Source: a virus. From it: DNA of 64,000 bases. A program made the translations under genes and the position numbers. The stretch is from positions 10,188-74,187 of IMG/VR virus record IMGVR_UViG_3300043436_005236; one strand, written 5' to 3'. The notes under the pieces are model-generated. The model was not told the origin of the DNA and ran no database searches. It saw only the letters and a program-made list of their open reading frames with translations. This document shows positions 20,732 through 31,490 of this stretch, piece after piece. Position 1 is the first letter of the stretch. Each line of letters begins with the position of its first letter.

Positions 20732-22825
20732 TTATTTAATGAGATCTAAGCCTTTATACAATGCGTTAGATAAGAGATTAGCTATTACACCGTCTTTTTC
20801 TGACCACTGGTTATACGAGGAGGCAGTATATTGTAACGTTGTATTAAAATCATTAAAATTAATAATACCGTCTTTTATTGACCCTTCGATTCTAGGTATA
20901 TACTTGTAGAAAAAATAATAATTGCTTATTGCTGCACCGTAGCCATCCTCAGGTAAGACAAGACCCCAGCCCCATATATCTTCATAGTCTCTTATTTTAT
21001 ACTCAACAATACCTGGCTTAAATACTTTCATTGGCTGGTTAGTATTAAGCTTAGTATAAACACCGCTAAACCGCTCATATGCAACAATAGATTCACCAGG
21101 CGTAATAATATCGCTTACGGTAATTTCATCGCCGAGATTATAGCCATAGATATCATTATTTATATAGCCGTGTGAATTAAAACTTTCACTAAATTTGTTC
21201 TGAGTACCAAATAATTTAGTTTGTTTTATTGATAAAAGGTCTACTAACCTAGAAAAGTTACCAGGGTATCGATAATTTACACTATTAAACCGTCTATCTT
21301 GTATGTTCAACTCTTTAACAATCGATAGAAACTTGTCAATATTTGCATAATCGACAATAGAATTATTATCAACGAAATTTTTAATTTTTTCATACGTTAG
21401 TTTACCTATTGATGTTTGATCTGAACTTAAAGTACCAAATATATTTTGAATATATTCATCAAAAAGTATTTTTTGATCTAAAAATAGAGACTGAAAAGAA
21501 ATATCTTTAAATTTTTGGGTAAAATCGATATCTTCCCCCTTTTTGGCGATATTATATATTCCTGATTCCGGGTATATATTAAAGCTATTTGAAATACCCG
21601 TAAGCGGAACTGTACCTTGTAAAAAAGACGCTGGTACGAAAGCAGATATATACGCATTACTTACTGTTTGAGATGTTGAAAGACGACAGGCACCCTTATA
21701 AAAACCACCAGACGATAATTCCGGTAGCGTATAAGAGAGATCTGTGAAGATTGCAGGATATACCCGCGTACCGTCTGTTAATGTTAGATTTATATCAGTT
21801 AATACAGGTAAATTCTTCAACGTAAAGTTCTGACCATCCTTTACCCTCACAACAAAACTAATATCTGTATTACTAAATTTATTTTTATTAATAGTAAAAA
21901 CGGTATCAGTATTATTTTCTTTATCTATCCCGTTAGCGGTTATAGAAAGATGACTAAAATCTTCATTATTCACAATCTTCGTACTTACACCAACTGTTGT
22001 TGTGTTAAAAGCTGGTAACAGCATTGACGGCTGATAACCAAAAAACAAATTAACAGCGTTAGTTGGTAGATCGCTCTTAAAATAAACATCGCGATATCCA
22101 GACGTGCCACAGAAAAACGCGCCACGATCAGCCTTACTGCAATTTACTATTTCAGTGTTAGAAAGTCGACAGTATAACGGCGTAGAAGTCGTTTCAAAAG
22201 AATTTATTTCTACGAACTCTGTTAACCCTTTTAACCCTGTAAGCAGCAAGTAAAAAGAAGAGTATGGGTAAAGATGACCGTAATGCTTTTTATCAGCGCC
22301 TATATCAAAAAAATTATTAGTAGCTCCAGACGCGTAAGGTGTTATTGTTAGTCTGGGGATACCATTTTCATATGTTTGATACGAAGTAGATCGCATTACT
22401 GTAATAGGGTTAGCATATTTACCAGATGTAAGGTATGCACTAGCTGTATAATTACCTGTTAGAGTAATAGCATCTGTTATATAATTCTTTACATCAACAC
22501 GCTGTGTAAAAGAGTCGTAATAGCTATTACCATCCCTATCATATAAGTAACATGTTACTTCATATTTACCGGGATAACGATACGAATGACGACCAGTGAT
22601 AGCTTCACTTACAGTATTATCACCAAAATCCCAAACAATTCTCTTACGCGACAGTATATCTTCAACGTCATTTAAGCGCGGTCTAAAAATAAACCCTGCA
22701 AATGGCAAAGCGTAACTACTTGCTGCTTCTTTTCCAGTATAATTATACGTATTAAAGAAAGAATAAACCGTATTTATATCCCCGCTTTTTTCATACTGAA
22801 AATTATTAAAAAATACAGACGCCAT
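20732..22825 (-). CDS. PKD-domain baseplate/virion protein
   Basis: PKD signature VWDFGD...HSYRYPGKYEVT; directly downstream of the gp6-like wedge gene. Confidence 0.7.
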   Translation of the reverse strand: MASVFFNNFQYEKSGDINTVYSFFNTYNYTGKEAASSYALPFAGFIFRPRLNDVEDILSRKRIVWDFGDNTVSEAITGRHSYRYPGKYEVTCYLYDRDGNSYYDSFTQRVDVKNYITDAITLTGNYTASAYLTSGKYANPITVMRSTSYQTYENGIPRLTITPYASGATNNFFDIGADKKHYGHLYPYSSFYLLLTGLKGLTEFVEINSFETTSTPLYCRLSNTEIVNCSKADRGAFFCGTSGYRDVYFKSDLPTNAVNLFFGYQPSMLLPAFNTTTVGVSTKIVNNEDFSHLSITANGIDKENNTDTVFTINKNKFSNTDISFVVRVKDGQNFTLKNLPVLTDINLTLTDGTRVYPAIFTDLSYTLPELSSGGFYKGACRLSTSQTVSNAYISAFVPASFLQGTVPLTGISNSFNIYPESGIYNIAKKGEDIDFTQKFKDISFQSLFLDQKILFDEYIQNIFGTLSSDQTSIGKLTYEKIKNFVDNNSIVDYANIDKFLSIVKELNIQDRRFNSVNYRYPGNFSRLVDLLSIKQTKLFGTQNKFSESFNSHGYINNDIYGYNLGDEITVSDIITPGESIVAYERFSGVYTKLNTNQPMKVFKPGIVEYKIRDYEDIWGWGLVLPEDGYGAAISNYYFFYKYIPRIEGSIKDGIINFNDFNTTLQYTASSYNQWSEKDGVIANLLSNALYKGLDLIK

Positions 22826-22854
22826 GTATATATATTTATCACACTCTACCTGTA

Positions 22855-24684
22855 TTAGACTGTTTCAACTACTATACTATTTGCAAGTTTAGATATTTCG
22901 TAAAAATAACCAAATTGAAAGCGAGATAATTGTATATTTTGCGACGTACAAAATATATCGCTTGTTTCGTAAAGAGGATTCCACACTACACAACTTATAA
23001 GAGGCACCTCATAATTTACATCTGTACGCCTCGTTGCAATACCCACAACACCCGGTATATTGAGTATATTGTTGCTTATCTTAGTCAAATCTACAATCGA
23101 TCCTAGCTTTATATCTTCAAACGCCTGTTTAAATATTTTTAAGACAGTATTCTTAATAGAAACATCATTAATAGCAATATTTGTATCTCGTTTAATTACA
23201 AGCTTGGTGTAATCTTTTAACTCAACGCACGGCACTTCATTTATAATATTAACACCTAGGTTAAACGCTTTATATACAGGATCTGACGGTACAATATTGT
23301 GTGTAATATCTTTTATTAAATTACATTCATTAAGCAGTAATTGTTTTTGTGCAGAATTTAAATAGTTTGGTATCCTTTCATTTAGTATTGTTGCTTGAGC
23401 AGGGACAGCAAATATATATACATTATTAAACTGCGTCGAATTGGAGTAGTTTACCTGATTAATGAGCACTCTACTATTATTATTAGGTTTAGTCAGACCA
23501 ATACTATAAAAATACTTAAGATACTGACTTGCATGCTCGTCGTTAGATAAAACTGAAATAGATTTAACTACATTATTAAAATTTTTAGATACAAAGCTTT
23601 CATAATCGTCACGAGTCACTAGACGATTTTGTAATGAAAACATTTTCGGGGCATTTGTCCTTATATCCGCTACACTTTCTGCAGGCACTACAGGTGTTGC
23701 GTCGCTAGGGTTATTAATAACAATATTTTCTGTGTTTAACGGTGTAATAAAAGTAGTAGTATCAGGATACACATCAGCTAATATCTGATCATAGGTCGGT
23801 GTTGTAAACACGATAAAAGAAGCTCCTTGCAAAGTATTAGCACTTACAACACCAGCAATATTATCCGAAACAATATAATATATTTGTACAAGATCACCCT
23901 CTTTTAGTTTTTTACCGTTCAGCCCATTACCGAATTTAAATTCATAATTTCCATATTCATTTAAACGCTTTTCATATCTTGTCCCCGTCGATGATTCAAG
24001 ATATAACGACGATGTTTCTTTCCATTCTCGCCAGACACCGGTATCAATACTTCTAACAAAAATAGTAAACGAATTATCTGCAATAAAGGGTATATTATCT
24101 AAGTTATCCAATACACGGTCAGGGGCCGGTCGTTCGTTCACTATAGATACCGTTTCGAATGGTTCTCCAGTTGCAGTATAGAGTGGATATTCTACAGGAG
24201 ACCCCTGATATAACGTAGTATTATCCGCTGCTACACGTTCGAAATCATTATTCGTCTTTTCAAAAGAGATATCTCTTACGCTTGCATACTTTGTATTGTT
24301 TTTTGTTACGTATGAGAGCTTAGGTATTGTATAAAGGTTAGGAGAAAGATTTGAAAGAGCAGATAATGAAATAGTTGCGAGCGATGTCTGCCGACCGATA
24401 GGCTTATAGTTAATATTTGATACTAACTTGTTTATATTTTCATAAAGTGTCGCGGTTGTAAACGTAGATTCAGATGACGTTGTGTTTAAATAAAACAATA
24501 ACACATGATACATATACGCAACAATATCAATAAATGCGTTTATGTTTGAACCCTCAAAGTTTTGATCCTGAAAAACACCACTTTCATTTAACCTCTTTAT
24601 AATTAAATTCTTGAGAGTCGTAGCATCAAACGTTGCATATGCATCATGCGAGAGATTATACTCAGTAAAGTTACTAATATTCAT
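22855..24684 (-). CDS. Baseplate wedge subunit (T4 gp6-like)
   Basis: FQDQNFEGSNINAFIDIVAY, ESTFTTA, FKFGNGLNGKK, ESVADIRTNAP...QNRLVTRDDY. Start at ATG 24684 preferred; the track's 24708 overlaps the gp25-like gene. Confidence 0.88.
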   Translation of the reverse strand: MNISNFTEYNLSHDAYATFDATTLKNLIIKRLNESGVFQDQNFEGSNINAFIDIVAYMYHVLLFYLNTTSSESTFTTATLYENINKLVSNINYKPIGRQTSLATISLSALSNLSPNLYTIPKLSYVTKNNTKYASVRDISFEKTNNDFERVAADNTTLYQGSPVEYPLYTATGEPFETVSIVNERPAPDRVLDNLDNIPFIADNSFTIFVRSIDTGVWREWKETSSLYLESSTGTRYEKRLNEYGNYEFKFGNGLNGKKLKEGDLVQIYYIVSDNIAGVVSANTLQGASFIVFTTPTYDQILADVYPDTTTFITPLNTENIVINNPSDATPVVPAESVADIRTNAPKMFSLQNRLVTRDDYESFVSKNFNNVVKSISVLSNDEHASQYLKYFYSIGLTKPNNNSRVLINQVNYSNSTQFNNVYIFAVPAQATILNERIPNYLNSAQKQLLLNECNLIKDITHNIVPSDPVYKAFNLGVNIINEVPCVELKDYTKLVIKRDTNIAINDVSIKNTVLKIFKQAFEDIKLGSIVDLTKISNNILNIPGVVGIATRRTDVNYEVPLISCVVWNPLYETSDIFCTSQNIQLSRFQFGYFYEISKLANSIVVETV

Positions 24685-24688
24685 ATTT

Positions 24689-25174
24689 TTAGACAAAAGT
24701 GTATCCATCGTTATTTAATACACCTTTTAAAGATATATTAAAAACATTTAAAGTTGGGATAGTTATTTCAATAGTTATTATGTATTCCATATCCTCAGGA
24801 GCAGCAACAATATCAACGCTCTCGACTGTTATACGAGGCTCTTGTTCTCCCAAGCCATATAATATACGCTCGCCAATAAAAAACGCTCTTGTTTCTGTAA
24901 TCGGGTCAAATAAAAACTCTCGTAAGTCAAGACCAAAGAGCGGATTTAATAGTTTTTGACCTGGTGATGTTGTAAGAATATTTTTAATAGAATTAATAAT
25001 TGCAGAACTATCATATATTGCAGCAATATCTTTGTTGGTTTCTTTGCTATGGAGCTCCGGTCTAGTAATATTAGACTGCTTAATATCAAACAATACATCC
25101 TTATAGAGGTAACCTGCTTTGAGAGCTTCCTCTATGCGCGTACTAGGTTTAATAATATCGAGCTTAATAGCCAT
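24689..25174 (-). CDS. Baseplate wedge/sheath initiator (T4 gp25 / GPW-like)
   Basis: SIKNILTTSPGQKLLNPLFG...LFDPI...EPRI. Confidence 0.88.
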   Translation of the reverse strand: MAIKLDIIKPSTRIEEALKAGYLYKDVLFDIKQSNITRPELHSKETNKDIAAIYDSSAIINSIKNILTTSPGQKLLNPLFGLDLREFLFDPITETRAFFIGERILYGLGEQEPRITVESVDIVAAPEDMEYIITIEITIPTLNVFNISLKGVLNNDGYTFV

Positions 25175-25232
25175 TTACATATTATTTAATCCCGCAACTT
25201 ATTTAAGCTTTTACGTGTAGTTTTAACTTGAA

Positions 25233-25505
25233 TTACCAGTTCTTACACGAGTAATACCGAGCGGTTCCTGGTTTAGCTGTAGAACATTTATGTCTCGCTC
25301 TAAACGACTTACGCTTTTTAGGATTTGATTTTTTAATTCTTAAATTAGGGTCACCATAGTGTATTCTCTTGAGCTTGCCTTTAACTCGTACACATCTCAT
25401 ATATTTTTTATCAGATCTGGTTGAAGATTGCTGACCTGTTACCTTCGTACACCGACCAGCTGCTTTTTCAGTAAGTATTTCTTGTACAAGACGGTCAAAT
25501 TCCAT
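25233..25505 (-). CDS. Small basic conserved phage protein, candidate internal head protein
   Basis: YGDPNLRIKKSNPKKRKSFRARHKC...ARYYSCKNW motif, recurrent in large phages; N-terminus FDRLVQEILTE. Confidence 0.65.
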   Translation of the reverse strand: MEFDRLVQEILTEKAAGRCTKVTGQQSSTRSDKKYMRCVRVKGKLKRIHYGDPNLRIKKSNPKKRKSFRARHKCSTAKPGTARYYSCKNW

Positions 25506-25524
25506 ATATTTATTTATTGGTTTG

Positions 25525-25532
25525 TATAAATA
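25525..25532 (+). promoter_or_regulatory. T4-type late promoter TATAAATA
   Basis: Exact consensus, 5 nt before ATG 25538. Confidence 0.8.
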
Positions 25533-25537
25533 ATAGT

Positions 25538-26119
25538 ATGGCTAGAGCAAAGAAATTTTTAACACTATTTGAAGCGTATTTTTCTCGCTACGAGCGTGGT
25601 GGGTTCTTGGTAGGCGATGTTTTTAAATTTAACGACAATTTTAAATCATCAGAAAACTATAAAAAGTTAGGTCAAAATACAAAAGACATGATTGATCAAA
25701 TGATTGAAGCTGGTCTTCATATTAGGGTAACGGGAATTAAAGACTCTACATCTCCAAGATATCCCGGCAATCCGCAGACAAGCTCAAATGATGTAGAATT
25801 AACACTCGCACTTGATAACGGCGGTGGTAGATACACGCATTATGTTAATATTTCGCCTGAATTAGGAACTCCTAATACTTTTTACCCCAACTTACCACCG
25901 ATTCCCGACGGTGCTAAGAGACCAAACAACACGCACATAGTTCCTACTGAGGTTGAGCAACAAGACAATATCGCTAATAAGACAGATAGAGGTGATGGTA
26001 AACTAAGCGACACAAATATTTCTACACCTGATAAAAATACAACAATTCCATCAAAGCCTATAACACCTTCACCAGCTGTTGCTTCTTATACCCACGAATA
26101 TATGGCAGGTATTAGCTAA
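25538..26119 (+). CDS. Hypothetical late protein
   Basis: ATG 25538 (MARAKKFLTLFE) lies 5 nt after TATAAATA; 193-aa ORF. Confidence 0.65.
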   Translation: MARAKKFLTLFEAYFSRYERGGFLVGDVFKFNDNFKSSENYKKLGQNTKDMIDQMIEAGLHIRVTGIKDSTSPRYPGNPQTSSNDVELTLALDNGGGRYTHYVNISPELGTPNTFYPNLPPIPDGAKRPNNTHIVPTEVEQQDNIANKTDRGDGKLSDTNISTPDKNTTIPSKPITPSPAVASYTHEYMAGIS

Positions 26120-27035
26120 TACGTTCTAAATTAATCCAACAAGCAAAGCAGTTAATTTCTTTATCAAGAACGAACGCGCTTTTATAGAGATGATCAGCGA
26201 TAACAGCGATCATCTCTTTCTTTTTAAGATCTTGTACAGGTTGATTGTATAGATAGTTAAGATAATCACGCATCAACGTATCATAGTCGCCGTAGAATGT
26301 ATTTTCGTTTTCAATAAGGAACTTTCTCAGTGAAATAACATCCTTTTCATTAATAGCAGTATAAATCGCTTTAAGTAGAGTATTATCTACATTAATATTG
26401 GTAATAGCTAATGAGCCACTAATACAATTCTTTTGAATTTCATTAATAGCCTTACGAAGATCGGGAAAATTAGCCTTCACAAGCTCAACAAACTTCTTCT
26501 TCTGTGCATCATCTATTTCAATACCTTCTTGTTTAAGAATACCGTAAATTCTCTTTACACCGTCTTCTAGTGTGGGCTTGATATCAAGAAACTGACATCT
26601 CGACTGTAGTGCGGGGATGATCTTATGCTTATAATTAGCTGTAAGAATGAACCGAGTATACTTAGCAAAAGACTCCATCGTATTACGAAGAGCTGCCTGT
26701 GCTTGACTCGTAAGACCATCGCACTCATCTAGAATAACCACCTTAACTTTACCATCAAACGACTTAGTTTGTGAGAAATTAGTAACTTTATGTCTAATAG
26801 TATCGATACCTGACTCATCAGATGCATTAATATATAAGAAATTGCACTTAAGAATATCATTTACAATAATTTTCGCTAGCGTTGTCTTACCTGTACCTGG
26901 TGTACCAACAAATAATAGGTTAGGAATCTCTTCCACAAACCCCTTAACAATATTTTTATTCCTTTCTGATAGAATAATACTGTCAAGAGTTTGTGGCCTA
27001 TACTTCTCTACCCAAATTTTATTGAAATCTAACAT
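26112..27035 (-). CDS. Clamp loader AAA+ subunit (T4 gp44 / RFC small subunit-like)
   Basis: WVEKYRP, GTPGTGKTT, INASDE, ILDECD, QAALR, ALQSRC. Start MLDFNK at 27035, just after the dUTPase stop. Confidence 0.93.
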   Translation of the reverse strand: MLDFNKIWVEKYRPQTLDSIILSERNKNIVKGFVEEIPNLLFVGTPGTGKTTLAKIIVNDILKCNFLYINASDESGIDTIRHKVTNFSQTKSFDGKVKVVILDECDGLTSQAQAALRNTMESFAKYTRFILTANYKHKIIPALQSRCQFLDIKPTLEDGVKRIYGILKQEGIEIDDAQKKKFVELVKANFPDLRKAINEIQKNCISGSLAITNINVDNTLLKAIYTAINEKDVISLRKFLIENENTFYGDYDTLMRDYLNYLYNQPVQDLKKKEMIAVIADHLYKSAFVLDKEINCFACWINLERIS

Positions 27036-27036
27036 A

Positions 27037-27468
27037 TTATTTACCTGATGAACCAAATCCGTTTGCTCCTCTATCAGATTCTTCTGTATCACCTTCTTCT
27101 ACAGCTACACTATAGTTCCTATACACTACAAACTGCGCGATTCTATCACCAGACTTGACTTCATAATCAGTAGCAGTGTTATTATAAAGCTTAATGCCTG
27201 CATTTCCACGATATCCGCTATCGATAATACCTGGATGAGGTGAAATACTGTGTTTGAAGCCAAGACCTGACCTTCCTTCTACTTTAACCCAGTAACCAGG
27301 GGAAATAAATGCAAATTCTAAACCTACATCTACAACAGCACTACCTCTCGCAGGAATAACCTTATCTTCTACACAATAAACATCAAACCCTGTATCAGAT
27401 TCGTTATTTTTAGTAGGCAGCTTAGCATCAACGCTAGTTTTCTTAAATTTTAATGTAACTTCACTCAT
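27037..27468 (-). CDS. dut: Trimeric dUTPase
   Basis: GFDV, GRSGLG, GIIDSGYRG, GDRIAQ, RGANGFGSSG. Confidence 0.95.
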   Translation of the reverse strand: MSEVTLKFKKTSVDAKLPTKNNESDTGFDVYCVEDKVIPARGSAVVDVGLEFAFISPGYWVKVEGRSGLGFKHSISPHPGIIDSGYRGNAGIKLYNNTATDYEVKSGDRIAQFVVYRNYSVAVEEGDTEESDRGANGFGSSGK

Positions 27469-27474
27469 AAAACT

Positions 27475-27502
27475 ATGATAATATTTGATATATAGAAATC
27501 AA
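27475..27502 (-). promoter_or_regulatory. Sigma70-like promoter for dUTPase and clamp loader
   Basis: TTGATT-N16-TATCAT-N6-ATG. Confidence 0.6.
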
Positions 27503-27518
27503 GACTAAATATACATTA

Positions 27519-27956
27519 ATGGATACAGATTTAGACGATGCTGTAAATGATATTATCTCTCAGCTAAAAAATACAACTATTTCAGCAAAAAAAGAACCTG
27601 AAGAGATACCTCTTACTAAAGACCAGCTTGAAGATTTTATTATTAAAAATTCAGGTAAACTTGTCACCAGATCACTTAACATTGTGGATGATGTTAAGGA
27701 ATATGTCGCTTCAGCTCCCGATGCAAAGGATGTAGCAGCATTAGCTGAACTGATATCTGCAACATCTTCTGCAATAGAAACTCTCAATAAAGTATATATC
27801 TCTGACGAGAAAAACAAAACACAAGTTCAGGTAAAGCAAATGGATATAGAGTCAAGAGAGAGAATTAATATAACAGATAACAAGACAAAAATTCTCCTTT
27901 CGAGAGAGGATATAATGAAAGCTATTGTTGATAATAATAATGTTGTAGATGTTTAA
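27519..27956 (+). CDS. Putative terminase small subunit (T4 gp16-like)
   Basis: 145-aa helical protein; SAPDAKDVAALAELI and C-terminal ILLSREDIMK loosely resemble gp16 architecture; late promoter upstream. Confidence 0.4.
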   Translation: MDTDLDDAVNDIISQLKNTTISAKKEPEEIPLTKDQLEDFIIKNSGKLVTRSLNIVDDVKEYVASAPDAKDVAALAELISATSSAIETLNKVYISDEKNKTQVQVKQMDIESRERINITDNKTKILLSREDIMKAIVDNNNVVDV

Positions 27957-30154
27957 GCGAAAGCTTGTCGCAACCATGCCGGTGTACGGCCGCTACCACC
28001 TGGTTTATGATCTCCCCATGTAACTGCTCCGCTACCTGCAGGTACGCTATTGCCCCATGACATATCGATATGTAATCCTACAGCGCCCATGTAACCTGGT
28101 CCCATTCCCGCACCTGTACAGCCAGCTTGCTTAGCTGCACGTACAAATTCCGATAAAATAGGTATATCATCAGGGTTACGGCAATTTAACTGCTTACCAT
28201 TAGAATACAACCATACATCAGCAGCCCAACCATCATTATGTCTATTTGATCCGGTTCTACGATACTGATCCTGTCCACCGCTATATATAACAACATCTAC
28301 TTTAGAGGTGTTTGCTGCTTGCTGTATAGCATTAAACAATCTCGGTTGTAATGGTTTATTTCTTGTAGAAGAAGCGAAGCTTTGCGAATACTTAACATTA
28401 CCAGACCCCGTACCTGTTGTATATGATGCGGTTTTCTTTTGTAGTAACTGCATTATCTCACCTTCAGTACCAATCGCAAACCTGAACTTCATTGGACCGG
28501 CATTTGTATGTGATTTGTATTTTGTCTCTTTCCATGCACCATATGTCGTAGTCGACGGTGAAGCGAAATCCTTACCTGTCACTTTTTTCCACGCATATGG
28601 TGTAAACTTAACACGAGACATCTTATCGCTTTCTGAGCAATCAATCATCTGTACTAATGTAGTTTTGTTATTAATCGTTATAACGCCCCAAACTTTATTT
28701 TGCTGCTGTAAAGCTTTAATTTTAGAATATTCAATCGACTGGTTACCAACGCCTAAAAGCTTATTAATAACCGTTAAGCCTAAAGACACACCGTGGTTCA
28801 TTGAACCGGTTATTTTATTAAGGTTTTCGTTTGTTTTATTGCCTTGCGCGTATAATGATGCGTATCCTTTTGTAAAGTTAGCGGGTAGTTTTTTCTTTTC
28901 GAGAGCATCTTGCAATAAAACAGCTTCTGTTATACCAGATTTAATCGGTGTAATAACTTCACCTATATTAGCAATACCAGCTATTTGTTCACTACCTGTT
29001 GTTTTTTGCTCCAGGTTAATATCCTCGACATGTACAGTTTTTGCTTTTTCATCCAACCACGCTCCAAAAACTGTATAGCTATATGGGGCATCAGGTGAGA
29101 ACTCTAGAGTAACTTCGTTTGTTAAGGCTGTATTTCCGTCCCAAGGCTTGACTTCTATATCGTTCGAAGCTCCAGCAACACCTAACGCCTGATCAACTCC
29201 CATAGGTAGTGGGTTACCTGTTGTTTGTCCGTTAGGTAACTGATCATATGCGTTTCCGTTAACATTGTTACCGCGAATATCAGCAGGTGTGCTCTTGTTT
29301 TGATTGCTAGAGTAAGGATTATACTGACTTTCATGCTCCATTTTTCGTGAACATCCGCCAAGATCGCCCATAATGCTCGCCATTATATTCGTAGACGAAA
29401 AACTTAAAGATGCAAACGCGTTTATGTCTGGTGTAAATAAATGACCTGAAGGTTTATCTCTTAGTGTTCCACTGGTTGCTTGCTTAGCTAGTTCTTCCGC
29501 TGTTTTCTTTCCCATTACCGTGTTACACACATCGCCCCACGCTGCGGTAGTCGCTTGTGAAAGTCGCACAAAAGCGCCCTGAAATATTTCAGGTACTTTG
29601 TTCATAATAGTCGTATCCATGCCCGATGTTATGTTCGACATCTGACCTTTAAGACTACCAACGGGTAAAATAGTACTTTCTGTTAAAGCTGGCGCGACTT
29701 GTGTTATTAGACCAACACTGTTAGATGTTGGGGAAAATAAATTACACGGTGAATTCAAACAATCCTTAAGAGCGTTTTTAAGAAGACTGGCAAAATCACG
29801 ACTAGCGTCACTACCACCGCCACCGATTGTTGTTAGTTCGTCAAGATTGTAATATATAAACTTAAGACGCTCTATTTCCGGATCAAAAACCGGATAATTA
29901 TACATTTTTTTTGTCCAAAATTTTACTGTATATGGATCAAATATACCACTGCAAAGAGCTAATGTATTGGTGAAGTTTGTTGCTGCTTCTTTATCACCAT
30001 TTATACCACGATTAAAATTAATAGCGAGATCTATCTCTGGCCCGAGTATAGGATCATCGATCAGATCACAAAAAGGTGAACTGTTTTTAATAAAATCTCT
30101 ACTAATTGCATAACCGAAGAGCTTATCAGCGAAATTAGTACTATATATTAGCAT
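27953..30154 (-). CDS. Tail/baseplate-hub-associated protein with C-terminal M15-type Zn peptidase (peptidoglycan hydrolase)
   Basis: VVIYSGGQ, GSNRHNDGWAAD (H-x6-D), GLHID; follows the gp27-like hub gene. Confidence 0.72.
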   Translation of the reverse strand: MLIYSTNFADKLFGYAISRDFIKNSSPFCDLIDDPILGPEIDLAINFNRGINGDKEAATNFTNTLALCSGIFDPYTVKFWTKKMYNYPVFDPEIERLKFIYYNLDELTTIGGGGSDASRDFASLLKNALKDCLNSPCNLFSPTSNSVGLITQVAPALTESTILPVGSLKGQMSNITSGMDTTIMNKVPEIFQGAFVRLSQATTAAWGDVCNTVMGKKTAEELAKQATSGTLRDKPSGHLFTPDINAFASLSFSSTNIMASIMGDLGGCSRKMEHESQYNPYSSNQNKSTPADIRGNNVNGNAYDQLPNGQTTGNPLPMGVDQALGVAGASNDIEVKPWDGNTALTNEVTLEFSPDAPYSYTVFGAWLDEKAKTVHVEDINLEQKTTGSEQIAGIANIGEVITPIKSGITEAVLLQDALEKKKLPANFTKGYASLYAQGNKTNENLNKITGSMNHGVSLGLTVINKLLGVGNQSIEYSKIKALQQQNKVWGVITINNKTTLVQMIDCSESDKMSRVKFTPYAWKKVTGKDFASPSTTTYGAWKETKYKSHTNAGPMKFRFAIGTEGEIMQLLQKKTASYTTGTGSGNVKYSQSFASSTRNKPLQPRLFNAIQQAANTSKVDVVIYSGGQDQYRRTGSNRHNDGWAADVWLYSNGKQLNCRNPDDIPILSEFVRAAKQAGCTGAGMGPGYMGAVGLHIDMSWGNSVPAGSGAVTWGDHKPGGSGRTPAWLRQAFA

Positions 30155-30158
30155 ATGT

Positions 30159-31490
30159 TTATTTAGTAAGAGTGAAAAATTTCACAGCAATTATTTCATT
30201 TGTATATAGAGCTTCTTCAAAAATATGTCGCACTGAAGTAACATACCAGAGACCAGTTAGCTCCGAATCGTTGCCTTTTTTATTAAAATCATTTATACCA
30301 ATAAACATACCCGGTTTCCGAAACGTATTACCTGTTACCTTAAAAGATATTGCGGTGTTATCAAAAATAAAACTCCTGAACGTCGAACATTTAACATCGA
30401 TAAGATTTAAATTTTGACCATCTTCTACAGGAAATTGACCAGGAATTGCTGTATATTTTAACGTGTCTTTTTTTTCAGTTAATTCATTACGCGTTGGTAA
30501 GTTTGATTTTTTTCCTCCACATACTATTTTTTCAAACTCTAATTTTAAATCATCATATAACAATACCCCATTATCGTTTATATTTATATCTTTTGCAGAA
30601 TGCTGCGTTAAGGTATAGTTAAGCCATTTCTTCGCAAACAAATCCGTATAATTAGGTCTATCAAGATCATACTCTTGAATTTTTGTTTCGCGTAAATCTA
30701 CTTTATTCGATTCAAGCGGTGATATGGTAAAGGTTTCCGAGACATATGTCGCTAGTGATTGATTACTTTCAACAGCACGGATAAGATTTTTTGTTGTTTC
30801 GCCAATTAAAGATGATGTAAATACTCGCTTTCCAGATTTATTCCTTAGCTGCACTAAGCCAGGCCCGTGGTCGTTATTAAAGAGAAGCTTGTTATATTTT
30901 TCTACTGCGGTATAATAAGTATCTCCATTTGTAACAATACCCGGTATTGCTTTTGGTGTACCGGTAGTTCTTACCTCACCCTTTGTACCACCCGTACCAG
31001 CACCATATGTCAAAGTATTCATTAGTACATCGCTAATAGTAGTACCGTTACCTAATTTACTATTACCCGAGTCACAATTTTGTTGTTTGAGCTGACAAAT
31101 TTGAGACTCTTCAAAATCATAATGTAATTTTTTTGCGACAGTATTTTTAGTTTTTTCTTGACTTTGCTGCAGCTGTACCGCAGCAATAATCGAAGTTTCA
31201 TCAGGATTTTTTCCACCAAAATCATTATTTACTATTTTTATAGTAAGTAAAGGTGGGTTTTTATTTGCTCCAGAATTAAGCCCTAAATCACTTAAAACAT
31301 TAAAAGAATTATTAAAGACAGCCTTACCATAAACGCCAATATTTGCTAAATTATCAATAATTTCAAGGTAAGAAAGACCATCCATAGGTATTGCAGAGCC
31401 GGTACCGCCAGAACCGAACTGTTCTTTATCTACAAAAACATTAAGATCGAAAGTATAAACACTATTTCCAATATTAGACTGATAACTCAT
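30159..31490 (-). CDS. Baseplate hub protein (gp27 / late control D-like)
   Basis: C-terminal ISFKVTGNTFRKPGMFI...GLWYVTSVRHIF...YTNEI; synteny. Confidence 0.65.
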   Translation of the reverse strand: MSYQSNIGNSVYTFDLNVFVDKEQFGSGGTGSAIPMDGLSYLEIIDNLANIGVYGKAVFNNSFNVLSDLGLNSGANKNPPLLTIKIVNNDFGGKNPDETSIIAAVQLQQSQEKTKNTVAKKLHYDFEESQICQLKQQNCDSGNSKLGNGTTISDVLMNTLTYGAGTGGTKGEVRTTGTPKAIPGIVTNGDTYYTAVEKYNKLLFNNDHGPGLVQLRNKSGKRVFTSSLIGETTKNLIRAVESNQSLATYVSETFTISPLESNKVDLRETKIQEYDLDRPNYTDLFAKKWLNYTLTQHSAKDININDNGVLLYDDLKLEFEKIVCGGKKSNLPTRNELTEKKDTLKYTAIPGQFPVEDGQNLNLIDVKCSTFRSFIFDNTAISFKVTGNTFRKPGMFIGINDFNKKGNDSELTGLWYVTSVRHIFEEALYTNEIIAVKFFTLTK

